A stretch of DNA of 64,000 nt, from the NCBI GenBank assembly GCA_965603825.1, contig CBFDEM010000047.1:620001-684000 (forward strand), in the 5' to 3' direction. The notes beneath the pieces are model-generated. The model was not told the DNA's origin and ran no database searches. It worked only from the letters and a program-made list of their open reading frames with translations. Shown here piece by piece: positions 11,763 to 25,190 of the stretch (position 1 is the first letter of the stretch; each line of letters starts with the position of its first letter). The stretch is from Blepharisma stoltei ATCC 30299. Lineage: Eukaryota > Protista > Ciliophora. Position numbers and translations under genes: made by a program.

Positions 11763-13916
11763 ATGAATTGCGAAGAGTGCGGTTTAAGAAAAGCCAGTGC
11801 AGTATGTGTTGAGTGCGAGCAGTCACTTTGCCCAGACTGTGACGAAGCTTTACACAAAGGTGGCAAAAGGAAAAGCCATCTTAGGCATCAGAAATGCATG
11901 CTTTGCAAAAATCTTGCATCCATTCAATGCGATACCTGCACCCTCATGCTTTGTTCATCCTGCTCCTCTCCACACATGGCCCATATTTACCAGCCAGTCA
12001 GCCAGTCAAAAGGTCTTGAGGTACTATCATCTCAATACCCACAGCCTAAGTCGAATTTTCCTGACTTTCTTGCCCCTTCTAGAATCCTGCCACCTGAAAG
12101 CAAGCCTAGATCAGTTGAAAACGTCTATGAAGTCAAAGAAATTAAAAAATTGCAAGATTCTGACATAGAAACCAAAATTTCTGCAGTGGACCAAATTTCA
12201 GAATACCTCAAAAACGAAGCAAGCAAAGGATTTTTGCTGCACGAGGTGCCTGACTTGATCCAGTACCTCTGTGCTCATTTAGCTGTCAACAGTGACTCCA
12301 TTATTAAATGGCTAAGACTTGCTGAAAAAAAGAAAATAATTCATTTCACAGTGAGGGAATTCGAAGATACCTCAATTGAATTTGTAAGCTTATGACTTGA
12401 ACAAGTCACCTTAGAAATTCTACTATGGACTTTAAGGTCACTAAAAAACGACGAAATGATGCCGACTGAAAAAGCGATCCAATGCAGGATGAGAGAAGTT
12501 TTTGACTTAAAGCCAACTGATTCGCAATGAAATCAGCTAATACAGAAGGCCAGGAACCATTCGAACTCGAGCTTCTCAGAATTCAGCTTATTCTCTCAGC
12601 CTTCACAAGTATTGCCAAAATTCAATATAAGGGAAATCAGTGACCCTTCGACTGGGAGTAGAACTCTTGTTATTTATCCAAACAACGAAGAGTGGATAGG
12701 GCTCGACCAGCACTCGAAGTTCGGGGACTATTTAAACATAAAAAGTACAGAAACATGGGACGAATTTTATAAATTCTTAGAAGATTATTTTACTATTAGA
12801 AAGCCGAAAAGATCAAGGCAGGCTGACAGTCTCAGAGCAATCCCAGGTGGCCGCTATGGCTGTGCCCAGTTTATCAAGCTCTGTGGGCCGAGATCAGTCA
12901 AAAACTGTTCCCTTGGAAAAGTAAGCTATATGGTGCAGCTTGCAATAAACGAAGATCTGCTCAGGTACCAGAGAACTTTGCTGGTATGGACTTCCAATCA
13001 CCAAAGAACAGTCTCTAAAGGAGAAATTCAGCGGAAAATGCAAGCGATTGAGCAAGCAGTATTATCAATACTTTCAAAAACTCCACAAGGAATTTCCCTA
13101 GCTCAGCTTCCTTTATATCTCAAACGAGCTTTGAAGTTTCAATTAAACATTGCTGAGCTAGGTTTTGCCAAACTCAAGGATCTCTTGCTTACTTTTCCCC
13201 GCGTCACAGTCGAGCTGAGAGGCACAAACCACCCTTTTGCGGTCCTAAAAGACCCAAAATCAGATGATAGCTTTGATTATCACCCAAGTCCAGACACCAT
13301 TCTCGGCTATGTCTACCAGATTTTCAGAGACAATAAATTTGGGATTTCTGAGTCAAAACTTGAGCCTCTACTTTACGATAAAATTGGGAAAAGCATTGAT
13401 TGGTCTATTTATCAGACCACTAGCCTGGCTGACTTTATAGGGATTTTTGCAGGGTCCCAGTTTGAAGTAATCAGGACTAAGGATACAAATATGATATTCA
13501 AAATTGAGAATCCGTCATATAACTACTTTTATTCACCCTTTAGGGATAACTACAGCTCTGTGATGATGGAAAAAATGCAGCACTCTCCTCATCTTCATCA
13601 GACTTCGTATAGTCTTGATTTTCCAGACAGCAAAGGGAAAATCGTGAATATTTCAAATATCCCTCTTGATTTTGCAAAAAATGAAGAGCTGACTGATGAA
13701 ATGTATCGTTATTTTGATAACTTCTATGATGGGAGCACTGATGTATCAAGTGCTTGGAATAGTTTGAGCATGAAAAATGAAAAAATAAATTGTGAAAAGA
13801 AGTCGCACTTAAGAACACATAGTGAAGGGCTCAATGATGTGATTGAAGCTAAAAATCCACAGCATGCAAGCTGGCTTAGTACTTCAGAAATTAAGCCACC
13901 TCCGGGATTTGAATAA
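11763..13916 (+). CDS. 717-aa B-box zinc finger + OST-HTH-associated (OHA)-like + LOTUS/OST-HTH protein
   Basis: ORFs 11745-12395 and 12612-13916 are joined in frame through two TGA codons. B-box CEEC..CVECEQSLCPDCDEALH..SH followed by a second Cys/His cluster; GGRYGCAQFIK..SLGKVSYMVQLAINEDLL (OHA-like); PQGISLAQLPLYLKRALKFQLNIAELGFAKLKDLL (LOTUS). Confidence 0.78.
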
Positions 13917-13953
13917 CTAAATTAAGGTTAGTTAATAATAATTTGCTTATTAC

Positions 13954-14700
13954 TTACATATAAGATTCAAAGATATCATCAGTAATTGAGTCTTTTGGAG
14001 TCTCAAATCATTCGTTTACAACAGTTATTTTCGAGTCTTGGGATAATTCTTTATCGCAGATAATGCAATTGACCTCAGTTCCTTTCAGGTCATAAGCAAG
14101 CCTTTGGAGAACGTATTCATTGCTTTTATCTTTGCAGTCTTTACATATTGGGGAATGAAGGATCCTAGCTCCCACAATTGTGTCTTGTGACACAATTGTT
14201 CTGCCTATTTCTTTAACTTTTTCTATATGACTAACATTCATCTTTTCTAAATGCTTGATATCAGCTGTAAGAATGGTGTCTCTAATGATATAACTAAATA
14301 CTGACGCAAGACCTAGCTGGCAGGCTAAAAGCACCCGTAAAGCTCTGACAGCCATATGATCTTGAGTTGAATCTGGATTTGCGATGTGCTGAATATCATC
14401 TGCACCTTCTCGCAACACTAGAGTCATGCTATAACAAATTGCGCTAAGTAAAAATTACAGGACATTGAACATGAGAATGCGGGTTTTATAGCGAGAATAA
14501 ATCGAAAACCCTCCAAATATAAGTAATGAAATCGTAATGACAGCCTAAATAGGAATTACATTTTCCATTGGATTTATTTTATCCTCAATCGGAGACAAAG
14601 TATAAGAGAGATATAAGAGCACTGTGAGGTTTGCAAGGGTCGTCATTGCATTGAAAATGAAGAGCTGCTTTAAGATCCTTTCTTTGGTTTTGAACTTCAT
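13954..14700 (-). CDS. 238-aa membrane protein with a C-terminal partial RING-like Cys cluster; two 15-nt introns
   Basis: ATG at 14700; introns 14545-14559 and 14444-14458; TGA 14008 read as Trp; stop TAA at 13954. Several hydrophobic segments, then HSPICKDC...VNCIICDKEL. Confidence 0.68.
14444..14458 (-). other. 15-nt intron GTAATTTTTACTTAG
   Basis: Contains an in-frame TAA; removal joins ..FNVL to AICYSMTLV. Confidence 0.8.
14545..14559 (-). other. 15-nt intron GTAATTCCTATTTAG
   Basis: Its terminal TAG is in frame; GTA..AG with A at position 10. Confidence 0.8.
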
Positions 14701-17700
14701 TATCAATATTTTTCCATATTGTGAAGAAATTGCTGAGATAAAGTTCTATTTCACGTCTTCTTTATCATAGAACTGATACTTCGATGTATCTATAATTACG
14801 ATTAGTTGACTAATTAATAAGCACGCAAAATGTCAGTGATCTTACATTTAAACGATCGAAATTAGCTTTTTCAATACATCTTATTAATAAATAAATCATG
14901 AGGCTTGAAACTATAAATTTAATTAATTATGTTTTTATGAAATTAACCATGATCTATATTTAAACAAGAACTTTAATCTTTCATAAGTAAAGATGGCTAT
15001 TTGAAGAGCAATTATTTTTACTTGTATATAAATTTATTATCCTAGAATTCTCAAATAATTAAGGAATGAGTTAATATATTTTATTTATGCATTAATTATA
15101 TTTTTCAAGCATTTTTCTTAAATTTACATTGTGAAAGCTCCCATCTTTATCATATCTTTTTTTATACTCAAAAAAAAAATTCAAATATTTTTCATAACGG
15201 CAATAGAAAGATATCACTCATTTTGCATAAAATTTGCTTACAAAATTAAGTACTTTACCATAATGGCTTCAATCCTCTTATAGTTTCACCATTAGTTTTG
15301 CAATATCTAGTTTTTTGCTCATTTAATTCGTTATGAATTCATATTAAATATGAGTATTCTCTATAATTAAGATAATTTTATGATTATTTTAAAAATTTTC
15401 ACTTTATTTGTCTATAGCCCTCATAGATTTATTGTGTTTTGCGAAATAATTCTAAAAAAATGAGTATTTATTTAAGTAGTTTCTTATCGTTAGTATAGTT
15501 TTATAGAATTTAAAGCCTGATCATCATCCTTAATTCATGTATAACTATTTATAAATCTTAAACATGCAAAAGTTTAAATAAATATTTAGTGAATTAAAGA
15601 AAATTTCATCTTTAATTCATGATATCCATTTTTTCCTCATTCAGCTAAATTTTATAGTGCTACATATATCAAGTATGATAAAGATTTTATTATTATAATA
15701 TTTAATAGAATGGTTCGTTCTGAAACTATAATCATAAATACGCTTATTTAGTAATATGCTATGCTGATGTTCTTTTCTGCATAATTAATTTCTAATTGGT
15801 TTTTCAATATAATCACTGTCACTTAAATCCAAGTTAAATCATATAGACTCTAGATCAAATCAAAAATTTAATTAATAATTCATGATATCCATCTTTTTCT
15901 CCTAAATACACTAAAGATGCTAATGAGTAAATAGAAGATATCACAGCTATTCTAAACTGGCTTCATTAATTAACTTCTCATCTATCCTTTTTTTTGTATT
16001 AAGGAAAATATTTATATCAAAAGGAATTTGTATCAATAAATTTATGTAAGATTTGAATTATTATTTATTGGAAAATATAATGTTTGCTGGCTATTTAAAT
16101 AACGCTTGCCTATTATTTAAGGTTCAGCCTTAGTTTAATGAATCAATTTTGTCAGATTAAAAATTGAAAATGATAAATTTTTAAAGTTTAGGAAAAAGTG
16201 TAATAGATTAGGCTAAATTCTCAGCATGAAAAATATAATTTAAAAGTTTGAATCATAGATGATCTGTTTAATTATTAATCTTATGCTTATAAAAGAAAAT
16301 CTAGAGAATTTTTAGCAAATTATTATAATTTTATTTAATTGGGTTTTTATTTGAGTAAAATATTTAAAACAGTATCGATATGGTGTGTTTTATTAGTTCT
16401 AATCAATAGGAGGCTAAAATTCCTTAGATTAATTCAAAAACAAATATTTTCTATTTTAACCATCATAAGTAACAGACTAGTCAAAAAAATTATTATCGTA
16501 TTGTTGTTTTTTACTTATTAAAGTAATAAAGCTCGGTTATGTGTGTTTCATTGATGATTTGCATAAGCACATATATATTAAAATCAGAAAAAGCATAAAA
16601 TCTTCAATAATATTAAATAAAAAATTAGATATAATTTTTCTTTTATTAGCTCATTTTAGTATTATTTTTTTGCTTTCATAAATAAAAGATATGATAACCA
16701 TGCCAAATCCCATAAATAGTGTCTCTAGACAAAAATATCCTTTTTTTCTTCATTTAACTGCACTTTACATTTTTTTAGACAAAGAGCAAAAAAAAGATAT
16801 TCTCTTATTATAGAGAAATTTATATCTATATTAATTTATAGTTCTGAGATATCTTTTTTGTGAAAACTATAATTGTTTATACACAAGATAAAAAAGAAAA
16901 GATAAGCTGTTTATTTTTCAACACTCTACAGGATAATTGTAACAATTCGTTACTTGATTGCGAATTATAAAATAAAATATATTTTTATTTAAATTTATTA
17001 AAATCCATAATTTCTTTATTAAAAACTGAATCTATACTCAGACAATATTTTTTTTAAAGCTAAATCACTTATTTTAACAATTTACTCAATTTTATTGTTT
17101 GATTTTCAATTTTTGATTTTAATTTTATCAAAAGGGAGAAAAAATTTAATAAAGCAATTTTCTATAGCCAGCAGTAACCCAATTAAGCAATTTCAATTAT
17201 AGGTCTCGCAATTTTTTATAATATACTCTCCATATCCATTTTTTATTCATGATTCATCATTTTATTATCAATATTAAAAAAGCACAAATAGAAAGATATT
17301 GAGTTTTTTACGAACATTCAAAAATTTTCCTTTGGGCCTATTAACAGCTTAATATTAAAGCAAATAATTATGCGAAAAGGTTTTATATTTTTAGTTCTTT
17401 ACTTCTATAATATTATTTTATAAAATAAGTAATTTTATCGGACTATAAAAAAACTTTACTAACAGGGCAAATTGTATTTATAAGTGATTAATGATTCAAA
17501 ACCTAATGTTTTATAAAATTATAAGTAAGCCCTAATTGCTGGATAAGATTATATTATTCCCTTAACTCTATAATTAGAAAAATCGAAAACAACAGCATTG
17601 TAATTACTATTTTTATATGATATAAATAGCAGTGACTTTGCATTTTTATTATTTTGAATCAAGAATTATACAAATATCAGAAGATAAATTGAATTTATAC

Positions 17701-18412
17701 ATACAAACTCTTCATTTTGATACAAAAATTTCCTTTTTGATTCCTTAAATAAAGCTGGGCCTCATTTCCAAGTTTATAAAAATAATAAAATGATAGAAGT
17801 GATAGCTTTTCTATTGCTTTAGATTAATAAAACATTGCATGCGCTGCATAAAGAAAGACTAAAATCATAGAGTCAAGAGATAAGTCCTTGGGAATGAAGC
17901 AAATTTCCAAAGCCATCACGCTTTGAGATTTTTACCCTGAAGCTTATAAGATTGACACAGTAATTAAATCACAAAACCTAAAAGCAGATGCCAAATCTCT
18001 ATGAATTTTAATTTTAAATCCCTGCAATAGGTATTTATGAGAAAGGATTGCTTATTCCTTTAATTTAAGTGCAATTCAATTCCAACATTAATTAAACAAA
18101 TTTTTGCATTTGATAAAAATTGCTTTTATAATAAAGATTTAATAAATCGATACTTAAGCAATCAACAATACATAATCAATTTTCCATTGAGCTAGAATCC
18201 ACTTAAAATACCAGATATATTTTATGTAAAAATGCGTTAACTTTTTATTTTCACAAAAACTCTTTCCTTTAAAACCTATAATTCTCATTTTATGCTAATA
18301 TTATCATTAATTATTAATTCAGAATATTAACAGTATTTTTTTGCTTTTCAAGTCATTAAATTACTTACGCGTCACTTATCCCTCTTGATTCTAATTCTCT
18401 GCATAATAAATT

Positions 18413-19393
18413 ATGGGACTTAACACAAAGAAAATTTCGCCTCTATTAGAATTCACTGCAAAAGCAGTGGAGTTTATTTTTCAAGCCAAAGCCATAGGCT
18501 TTAAAAAAGACCCATTTGCGAAATCTCCAGCAAAATCAGAATCCAATGATCTCCAGCCAATTCGTGACCAAGTTTATAGCATTTTTAGCGAGAACTCAGA
18601 CTATCAAGAGCTTATTATAGAGATTTTAGAAACCTGTGAAGACTGCAATACCCAGTTAATTGAACTGTGGAGATTTATCAGTACAGCTAAGAAAAATCAC
18701 AATAAAATCAAAAAATCAGACAGCGAGTTAGAGCTTGCTACTAATCTCAGAGTCCTGATGGCAGGCAGTCTATTGCTCCCTTCGAGCTACAAAGATAAGT
18801 CAAGGCTGAGGGTAAATATCAGAAAGCCTTCAGTTAAGCCAACACTTTGAAATTCAAATCTATCACAGGATGAAATCCTGAGATTTCCTGAGCAAGGGCT
18901 TATGGTAACCGGAGAAAATAGTATATTAACAGTCTACGTGGAGTATATAGAAAGAGACATAAAGCCAGAATTAATAGTCCAGAACTTAGGAAACAGAATC
19001 AGAGCATTTTCTTTTGACATAGAAGATACCAAATATATGGCCGATTCACTTGACTGATCTCCTTCATCAGGGAAAAAAGGCAAAACTAAAATGCTGTCTT
19101 TAATTGACTCAGAAAGCTTTTATGAAGATAACGAGTCAGGAATAAAACTTATTTCAAGTGTCTATGATTCCAATAGTGAAAGTTCAGAATCAGAAAAAAA
19201 TGAATTTGCGAATAACAGCTTTGAAATGAATTTTGGATCAGATGGACTGGAGGAGGATCCAGATTTGCTTGTGTCGAATTATTTGAATAAATGTGACAAG
19301 GCAGGAAAAACACCTTTGTTTATAGGCCATGACACAGCCCTGATAGAGGCTGCTGCTTTGGTCAAGAAATGGAGACAAACACATGTAAAATAA
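18413..19393 (+). CDS. ATG13: ATG13-like HORMA-domain autophagy protein (326 aa)
   Basis: ORFs 18413 and 19091 are in frame through two TGA codons. EFTAKAVEFIFQAK..LIIEI..LIELWRF..LATNLRVLMAGSLLLPSSY resembles the ATG13 HORMA pattern (F..KA..I.QxR; LLExW; LRSL...LLPAY). An acidic Ser-rich tail follows. Confidence 0.6.
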
Positions 19394-19891
19394 CCAGAAT
19401 ATTTAATTTGTTTTGTACTTTAAGTAAAATTCTTATTGAAGCAAACAAGTATAGCTATTTTTAGCTGTTATAAATAGCAATAAATTGAGCTATCTGTATG
19501 CAGCTTATTTGCATTGCAAGAACTTCTCCAAGACTATGGGAAAATTTTAAAGCATTAAAATGTCGCACTTTTCTTCATTTATTTCGCAGCTAATTTCTAT
19601 ATGAGTATATTGACTAATACAAAATCTTCAAAAAATTCACCTATATGGTGAAATAAACTGAAGCCAACTAGAAGCTTCATTTGTTCTGTTTAAATTTACA
19701 ACAAACCCTCCAAATACATTCTTATTTTTTTCAAAAGCACTCTTTCATATTTGTCAACAAATTGTTATAATAAACCTAAATGCATGAAGTCGAATGTCAT
19801 CAATAATAAGCGTTAATTCATTCTTATTTATGCTAATGCATTATTTATTTTCAAAAATAGCTTAAAATACAACTATCATGTAATATTAAAA

Positions 19892-21787
19892 TTAAATTTT
19901 ATATTCCTTGATATTTATCTTGAAGCAAAGAAATGCAAGAAGCAAGCATACAGCAATATAGACTAGCTGATACACAACTACCAATCATAAAGGCATTTCA
20001 AACCCAAGCACCTCAAGAGGATCGCAATTTATTCCTTCAATACTGCAGTCAAAATTAAAATCTGTAAATTGATTCGTACATAAAGCTTGGAAACTCCACC
20101 TATAAGGGGATATATATTGCAGCCATCCAAAGGCTTCGTTCATTTTGTTAACTTTAACAAAAAATCCTGCAAACATAAGGAATTGGAAAACTATTGGAGA
20201 TGCAAATACTAAAGCAACGTGAGGACTTTTGAAAAAAATTCCAAGACAAAGACCAATTGTAAGTCCCATAAGCTGAGAAATTAAACAAATAAGCCAGAAA
20301 ATCAAGAATTTTCCTGCAGCCATGTTAAAATCAAGCCAAAAATACAGCACCAGCGCTGAAATTAAAACGCTTACAGCGTGACCTGGGATATCAGATATAA
20401 ATGTAGCAATAATATAAGAAGCTATTCCATATAAATCCTGGCTGATTTCTTTAATAAGTACCCCTTTTTCGCATGGTATATCAATAGCCTTGCTTGCGTT
20501 TCCTGCACAAACATAGTCCATCGCTATAAGAAACATGATTCCTTCAACAGTCTGAGCTGAGCGTAAATCGCCTTTTCCGCCTACCCCATGAAAAATCATA
20601 CTCAAAAATAAGCCAATAACCGCAAAAAAAGCGATTCTTATATAAGTTGCCATAGGATTTCTGATATTATTCATAAATCCTCTATGACATAATAATAAAA
20701 ATTTCCTGAATCAGCTTATATGTCTAGGTTTCGACAGATTTATATACAATGATTGTGTGAAATTATCAGTATTTTTTTGGCAAACTAGATTTTCCTTATA
20801 TGACTCAGTTAATTTTTTAAGGACTTCTTTTTCTTTGTCTGTTTTTTCATATCGATTCACAATATGAGTAATTTTCATATAGAAATCTGAAGGATTCGTT
20901 AGCTTTGGGCAGCTTAGCCCGATATTTTTAAAATACATCTTTGACTGAGCTGCATCGCCTTGATATATGATGTTTCCATCTGTGATTAAAATTAGCTGCT
21001 GAAGCTTATTGAATATTTTAAAACTAGGCTGATGAATAGTAAAAATGACGGTTTTTCCTTTAATTGCTTGTTGCAATAATAAATCAATAATAATCTCAGC
21101 AGTAAAGGAATCTAAAGAAGAAGTGGGCTCGTCTAGGATAAGAATTTTTGGATCAGAAAGCAGCTCAATGCCTAAGCTGACTCGTTTTTTCTCCCCTCCT
21201 GAGATCCCTGGATACATAAAATTGCCAATAATATGGTCAGCGATTCCTTCTAGTTTTAATTCCCCTATAATACTATTAACTTTCTGTATTACTTGCTTTT
21301 TTCCTCCTCCAAATTTAAGTGAAGCTGCGAAAAAAAGCGTTTCTCTGACAGTCAAGAAAGGCAGCAAGAAGTCGTCTTTCATGACATATCCTCTATAACA
21401 CTCATAGTCCAGAGATTTTATATCTTTGGCATTGAGCTTTATAGATCCGTTTATCTTTGATTTCGAATGAGTTCTTAATCCAGCTAAAATATCTAGCAAA
21501 GAGGTTTTCCCTGAACCAGAACTACCCATTATGGCGAGTAACTCACCTGGGTTTGCAGTTCCAGAAACCTCTTTGAGAATTTCTTTATAGTCTTTTTCAA
21601 TTTTGACATGATAAGAAATTTTCTTTCACTCTAGCTTGAGCTTTTGCGTTTCAAAAAGGGAGCTTTCTTGTGGCAAAATTTGAAATTTTTTAGGAATTAA
21701 GGTGAAAAGTGTGTCTGACTCAGTTGAAAAATCTTGATTATTTGTTGAAATCTGCTTAATTGTGGTTGCTTCGTATGAGCTTTTCAT
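19892..21787 (-). CDS. ABCG (white-like) half-transporter, 631 aa
   Basis: NBD-TMD order; GSSGSGKTS, ISGGEKKRVS, LDEPTS, TIHQP; C-terminal WLQYISPYRW. Joined through three TGA codons, ends TAA. Confidence 0.92.
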
Positions 21788-22761
21788 ATTATTTAATTTA
21801 TCAAATCAATCAAGGCGATATCAAAATATCTAAAAGGTAAGGCTTATATTCACATTTACATAGGAAATACATCAAATATGAAAAAGCCTTACCAATATGA
21901 CATATTTCATATATAGTTTTAATATCAGTAATAAGTTTTGACAAAGAAATAATGAAAGCTATAATTGCGATTAATTTACTTATGGAAAGTTAATTTAATT
22001 TTGATGTATTTAGGTTAATATGAAGTATGCTAGTATTTAAAATCGTTAAAATAAATAGTGAGCTTATGATTCTTCATTAGCAATTTTACTCAAAAATAGC
22101 CAGAGAAGAAGTAGAGATACGTAAAACTCCTATGCTTGTCTACTAACCATGGGACATAGGTCTATCAGCTAATCACTTTAAGAAAAAAAAATTGAATGAA
22201 ATATTTGCTGAGAGATAAGCTGGAAGATGATATAAAATAAAATGAAGTTAAATCCATAGAATGAAAATTGCTTGGGATGCTTCTTTTATACAGGAAATCT
22301 ACTTTGATTTATAATTTGCTTTTGCGTACATAAATGGCAAAGATAAAATTTTTATATATTATAGTTTCATACAAATAGCAAATGACTTAATGAATTTTAT
22401 ATCTAAAAAATAGCACTTGTGGGCTATCAGAGTATATATGCACACATGCTAAAATTAAAAAAAGATTTATTTCAAATGTTCACAAAGTGATTCATATTCA
22501 CCTTAGAGATATAATTGCTAGCCTATTCTAGTTTGCAGGCTAGATTATTTACATAAACGCCCTGAAAGAATAAAATCTGCCTGCTACACAAGTTAAATGC
22601 TATTAAGGTCAGCATTACTTCAAAAGTATGAACTTAAGTAAGCGATAGATAAATATCATAAATCCTCATTTCTAATTTTTCTAAAACAAATTTCTATTTA
22701 AAATTCATAAAGATTCTGATTTTAAATTAAATAAGTTAAAGACTAGCACGTACTAACAGTC

Positions 22762-23565
22762 TTAACTCTGATTTATTGCCTGCATCAAGCTCATTAATGA
22801 CTCTTGCAGTAAACATTGCAACTTATTTCTGTGTGGGTCAGGCGTTTCTCTATATAGCTTTCTCACCAGCGATCTTTTGCATTCATCTAATTCTGCTACA
22901 TCCAGCTCAATTTTCGAGTTCAAGAACTTCAATCACTGATTCCTAAACCCATTTTGTCCATGCTGCTCCAGCGAACAAATTACACTTACAATCGCAATGA
23001 CAAGTGCCGAAAATTGTGACAAATAATAATCCGTATAACAAATCATCGCAAAAGCGTCACTTCTATCAAGAATTTTTGAAAAATCATATTCGACGCCAGT
23101 AACATACAACAATTGTCGTGACAATTCAGCAGCTGTAGGGAATGATAAAGTCCAGCCGAACTTTTGTAAGGCAAATAGCTCAGTGGTCTGGATGTCTTCT
23201 TTTCTATACATGTTGCTTGTGTGGAGCACTGCGTGCTCCAAAGTATACATGACACTTTCATGAAACTTCAAAGCGACCATTAAGCAAACAATCCCGACTA
23301 ATTGTAGGACTGCTTTTTTGGTCTTGACTTGGGATAAAAAGCGATTTATGAGGGTAATGGCAAGCTGGATTGTTTCGACGCTGGCCCCGATTTCTTCTGC
23401 GTGATTCACTATTCAATTGACGAGCTTATCGTGCATCCAGACTTCAATTTCTTGGTTTTCTCTTAAAAAGTTGCCCATTCGGGGCAGCTTTTGTTCAATT
23501 TCAAGGAGATAAGTGAGGACCTCAGAACTCCAGTCTGTAACCAGCCTTTCACGTTTAGAAATCAT
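22762..23565 (-). CDS. Divergent cyclin (267 aa)
   Basis: EVLTYLLEIE..EIEVWMHDKLVN-W(TGA)-IV..ETIQLAITLINRFL..LQLVGIVCLMVALKFHE..TELFALQKFGWTLSFPT is a cyclin box. Ends TAA at 22762. Confidence 0.88.
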
Positions 23566-23874
23566 GAAAGTTCAAGTTATGATATTATAAATAGGGCTAA
23601 AAGGAACTGGTATTTTTAATTTTTAAGAAAAACCAGTAAACGAGGAGAAATCCAGGTAGGTTGTGAATTTTATTATAAAAGGGGATTTCTAGAAGAATTT
23701 AAAGAAAGAAAAAAAACATTTTTCACAAAATATAAAAGAGTAGAAACAAATCATTAAAAGATTGATTGATATATAGCAATGATTATTTATTTTAAGATTT
23801 TTTAGGTATTATAATTAACCAGGATTTAAAGACTGAATATTTCTGCTGATTAATTTATTACGAAAATATTTACT

Positions 23875-25002
23875 TTAATCTATTAAAATCCCAAGGGCAT
23901 TTATGAGCTGTGTAATTTTATCTTCGAGTCAGTCTTTATGTAAGAGTTCTTGCACTAAATTTTGAGGAAGCCCTGAAAATCCAATTTTGCATCCTAGCAA
24001 TGCTCCGCCAGCAGCTGCATTAGTATCTGCGTCTCCTCCTTGAATGATAATTTCTCTGATAGCCTCTTCAAAATTATCTTGCCTTAATGTATGAAAGGCA
24101 CATCCTAAGCAAATATAAGCATACCCCATATCTTTCCCATCAATTGGCAAGAGAGCTGGAAGATCAATATTCATATACCTTCTTAACAGCTCAATATTAA
24201 ATCTCTCTTCAAAATTTTCCTTTTGCTCGTTATATTCTGCTATTTTTTCAGGCGTACAGTTTGAATTTACTTCACTGTCTAAAGAATTCGTATAATTTTG
24301 AAGAAAATTGGATGTGAGCTCATAAGAAGCTTCTATAACTGTATTTATATCTCTCAACCCTTGCAGCATTAATGAAATTGCCACTGTTTGAGCTATGCTT
24401 GCAGAGAGACTTCTAGGATCTGCATGAGTGCACTTTCCAATATCTTTTGTTTGTCTAATGACTTGCTCGGTGTCGTTATAATTAATGATTCCTAATATGC
24501 ATGATTTCATAAGAGCTCCATTAGCTGCCAAGTTGCATTTCCCTCCAATTCATGCATCAAGTGCTGCTAAATGGGGATTATTAAGAAACTCTTTGTGGCT
24601 CATTGTTCGTCTTACAGTTTGGCCGCATCCAAAGCCGGATTTGTCACCTAGCTCACGGAAGCCTTTGTTCCTCCAATCTCTTAATTTTGCTGCGAAATCT
24701 TGAAAATTCCAACCTCTTGACTGAAGATAGGAATTAAGGATGACAATCATTTGGTCTGTATCATCACTTCAATCGCCTTCAGGAATCTTTCTTTTCTTAT
24801 TCCAATTTAGCAAAGACAGAGGAGTGTTATTTCAAACATTAGCTGAATATTCTGCTTTTTTAAATTCTGTGCGAATACCAATAGCATCACCCAAAGCTTG
24901 CCCATAAATGCACCCACGAATTTTATCAAGAAGTTCTTCTTTAGATAAAGGCTGTAGCTGCAGCAAATATTTCGCTAAAATTTCTGATGAATTTTGATCC
25001 AT
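23875..25002 (-). CDS. ADP-ribosylglycohydrolase (DraG/ARH family), copy 1, 375 aa
   Basis: KIRGCIYGQALGDAIG, GD-W(TGA)-SDDTDQM, AANGALM, THAD, GGDADTNAAAGGALLG. Confidence 0.92.
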
Positions 25003-25190
25003 ATTAAAAACAATAACTGAGGAAAGTATTTCACTAAAATTTCTGTTAAGTTTTGATTAATGCTAGTGATCTTTATTAACGATTATTAAAAATTCTCGTA
25101 TTACAGTTAAATAAAGCTTGATAAGGATATCATAATGCCAGAAATATTTCTTTTGAGGCTTAATGAAAATTCTTTATTGCAAATATTAAA

